Assembly (NCBI GenBank): GCA_044892525.1
Contig: CM097885.1
Span: forward strand, 39,930,001-39,994,000
DNA: 64,000 bases
From: Schmidtea polychroa
Taxonomy: Eukaryota
Reading direction: 5' to 3'
This document shows positions 60,908-64,000 of this stretch, one piece after another. The position numbers and the translations under genes were made by a program. The first letter of the stretch is position 1; every line of letters starts with the position of its first letter. The notes beneath the pieces were generated by a model. That model worked only from the letters and a program-made list of their open reading frames with translations. It was not told the origin of the DNA and did no database searches.

Positions 60908-60984
60908 CAAGTTTTTTAATAAATACAATGTCAATTGACAAGAAATCAGTGGTGAAAAAGTTCTTATAATGATAATTATAATAA

Positions 60985-61176
<192 letters not shown>

Positions 61177-64000
61177 GCAATTTTAAATTAAGAAGTCAAA
61201 AGTCTATAAATTTGCTCTACCTAATTATTATAACTCCCTCCCGTGAAGTTAACCATGAATCTCAAAATAACAAATTGTAATAGTCATTCCTACTTTCTTC
61301 ATCAAATTTTCTGCAATTTTCCTTTCATTTCATCTTTTAGAATACTGATAAACAGGCCAATTATAAAATAAATGAAAAAGAAAACGATATAAAACAAAAG
61401 ATGAATATTGTAAGTGGATGATATAATATTTATGAAATTATTATAAAATGAAATGATTGGATTAAAATTTTTACTGTTTCAATAAAATATTTTAAAGGAA
61501 GAAACATTTTTACACTATTCATTAATAGCCCACGTGTTCCGCGATTTTTTGTTGGAATTTGACATAAGTATAGAACCTTGTGGAGTATGTCATGGGAGAT
61601 ATTTGGCTTAAGAACCATCTTTCTGGATGATTAGGGATATTTTACTTGAAAAGAAATGTTTAGACCCCCTCCTTAGAATATTTATTTTTTTATTGCGATA
61701 ATTAGTTAGAGTTTTTTAATTATTGAAAAAATATTTTTATTAAGAAATTATGCTTATTGATCCAGAAAAATTACTTTGATTTTTAATCGTGAAATATTTC
61801 GAGTTTTTTCATTGAAAAGTTTAAGCTTTTTAAAAATTACCTGAGATTGTTCAATTAAAAATAAATTTTAATGATTTTTATAGAATTAATACTTAGGGTT
61901 TTTTCATTGAAATTAATATATAAGCTTTTTTAAGGTGAATTTTTTTTTAGGCTTTTTAATCAAGATTTAAAACCCCTCTGACTATAGTGTGAGTTTCAGA
62001 TTGACATTTCACCAAAAAATAATAAAAATGAAAAAAGAATAGTCAACAAGGTCTTTTAGTGACATACAAAACCTTTTATCAGCTCACATTTTGGGTTTGC
62101 CATTATTTATGTTCTTGATAAAATAGGTCTTGGATAATTATTAAATCTTCTTCGTCTATCATTTACATTATAATATTTCTTTAAATATCACTTTTATATC
62201 TTTATTCTTCAACTGATAGTTAGTCAGTGGGCGAGGGCATTTCCTGGTTTCGTCTAAATACAAATCGGTTATTTAAATTATACGTTTAAAATGCAAGATT
62301 ATCTAATCAGTTTGAGTAAAGATGGTTTTATCAATATAAAAAGGAATTTCAACTTTACAAGGGTCGTTATCGTAATTTTTGGAGAGGGATCGTAACTACT
62401 CTTAAAGAATGCAAGGGGGTTAAAACTAGTATAATTAAATGTCATATTTTACACATTTTAAGCTCTCTCTCCATTTACTACTCACTAAAAGTCAGTAGTC
62501 GATAGATTTCTTTTCTTTTTGGCGCACATGGTGTGAAAGATTGAAAGAACTTGGAAATAAGTTTATTTACATCAATAATTTTTAATAGATTTATTTATTT
62601 ATTTTAATTAATTTAGCTAGTTATTTTTATAAATTTTATTTCTGTTCAATTATTTTAATTAATTTTAATATTAATTATTATTTTTTTTTAATTTATATTT
62701 TAATAATTTTAAATTAATAATTTTTAAATTAATAATTTTTAATTAATAACTCATGTATTATTTCCTTTAATTTATTTATTTTTAATTATTTTTTTATTTA
62801 TATATATGATTTTTATTTATTAAGATTTTTGTATTAACATTTTGGTAAATGTCAGTTGACTAATACAGTGGTCCCTAACATAGGTTCCCTAGGACAAAAG
62901 AAGGACCAAAGAAGGCAAAATTAGATACCAGTAGTTTTTCAGGCATTTATCTGATGAGTTTATATATACACAATAATTTATTAATTCTTCTTCATAAGTT
63001 TTATTTCTTATATCTATTGTTAATATATTTTAAGACAAATTTATCGTGATTTCTAACCTATATATTTTTTTGCATAAATAACAATTTGTACTGAATGCCT
63101 GTTTTTGTTCAAAGTAATGAGTGGCATTGAATTTCCCATTTTTTATGTAATTTCCTTTTAATAACGATTCTGATTCCTTCAATGATAAAATTTTTGATGT
63201 TATTAAAAAATTTTGTTTTGACATACAATGCATATATAATAATTTTTGATTTGATAATATTTTCCCTATTTCAAGACAGTTATCGTCATTCAGGATAAAT
63301 TGGCAATAGTTTCGGTAAAGCTTACAGTAATTATGAAGAATATGCTAACATGTTAAAAAATTCAATTAAAAATTATTATATTAAGCGTAATTAATTTAAT
63401 TAAACTTTTATTTTATATTATTTCATAACTGAGATTGTTGTTTGGCATACCAAGCAAGCAATGTTGCCGGAATACAAAAGTATTTAGTTTTAGAGATGTT
63501 TATGGTAAGTCTTATTTTCGGGGTACGCCTTATTATAGGGGAAATACGGTAATTACAGTATGTCCTACTAAAATTTGATGATCTTGAATTTAATTATTTA
63601 AAATTTTTCAGTTTTATTTAAATAAATATATTTAATAAAATTAAAAATTGTATTTTTAAAAAGCAAAAAATATGACAATATTAATTATATGCTAAATTGT
63701 TATGAAACTAAATTTAGAAGCGGCATGGAAGTCAAACTAAACGAAAAAGAATGTCCACTTATTCCTAATATTAATCCTTTAGGCCGTCAAGCAACCAATA
63801 ATGGCAATTGTAAATAGATATTATTAAATTATAATTTATGTTACTTTATAATTGTAGACAGTATAAATCTGGATTGTCCATCAACTAATCGGTTTGTTTT
63901 AATGTTATGAAAATTAAATATTTTATTTAATAATTAAATATATTTATTATAATATTATTATTTAATAAACTTTGATTATTAAAATCCGTATTCCGACAAT

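Noticed and set aside
63520..63551. TIR-like end (ttattataggggaaatacggta), similar to ~12365-12390
   Set aside because: No partner terminus identified; only an orphan DNA-transposon end.

Overview
Very AT-rich eukaryotic (metazoan) genomic DNA. Base composition, (TAA)n/(TA)n microsatellites, 42-63 nt mini-introns and the repeat content resemble a planarian/triclad flatworm; this is inference only. The one clear host gene is the 3' part of a long-tailed class I myosin (MYO1E/F-like) on the + strand: 19 exons from 4238 to 19838, 2913 nt = 970 aa + stop, covering motor, IQ, TH1, linker and SH3. Its N-terminal exons apparently lie upstream of the window. The rest is mostly decayed transposons: two Penelope-like retroelements, several hAT (Buster/Charlie, Tip100-like, hATm-like), MULE and piggyBac elements, LTR-like pieces and Polinton/Maverick fragments. 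At least three families of short non-coding, microsatellite-associated elements carry minimal type I hammerhead ribozyme (HHR) motifs with palindromic stem III, and two of them use the U3-A8 core variant. The most striking is family A, where two copies (4801-5050 minus, ~40100-40300 plus) have the U1 snRNA 5' end (ATACTTACCTG) directly upstream of the HHR and share about 110 bp of upstream sequence. This suggests a U1-headed, ribozyme-bearing retroposon or small-RNA unit.
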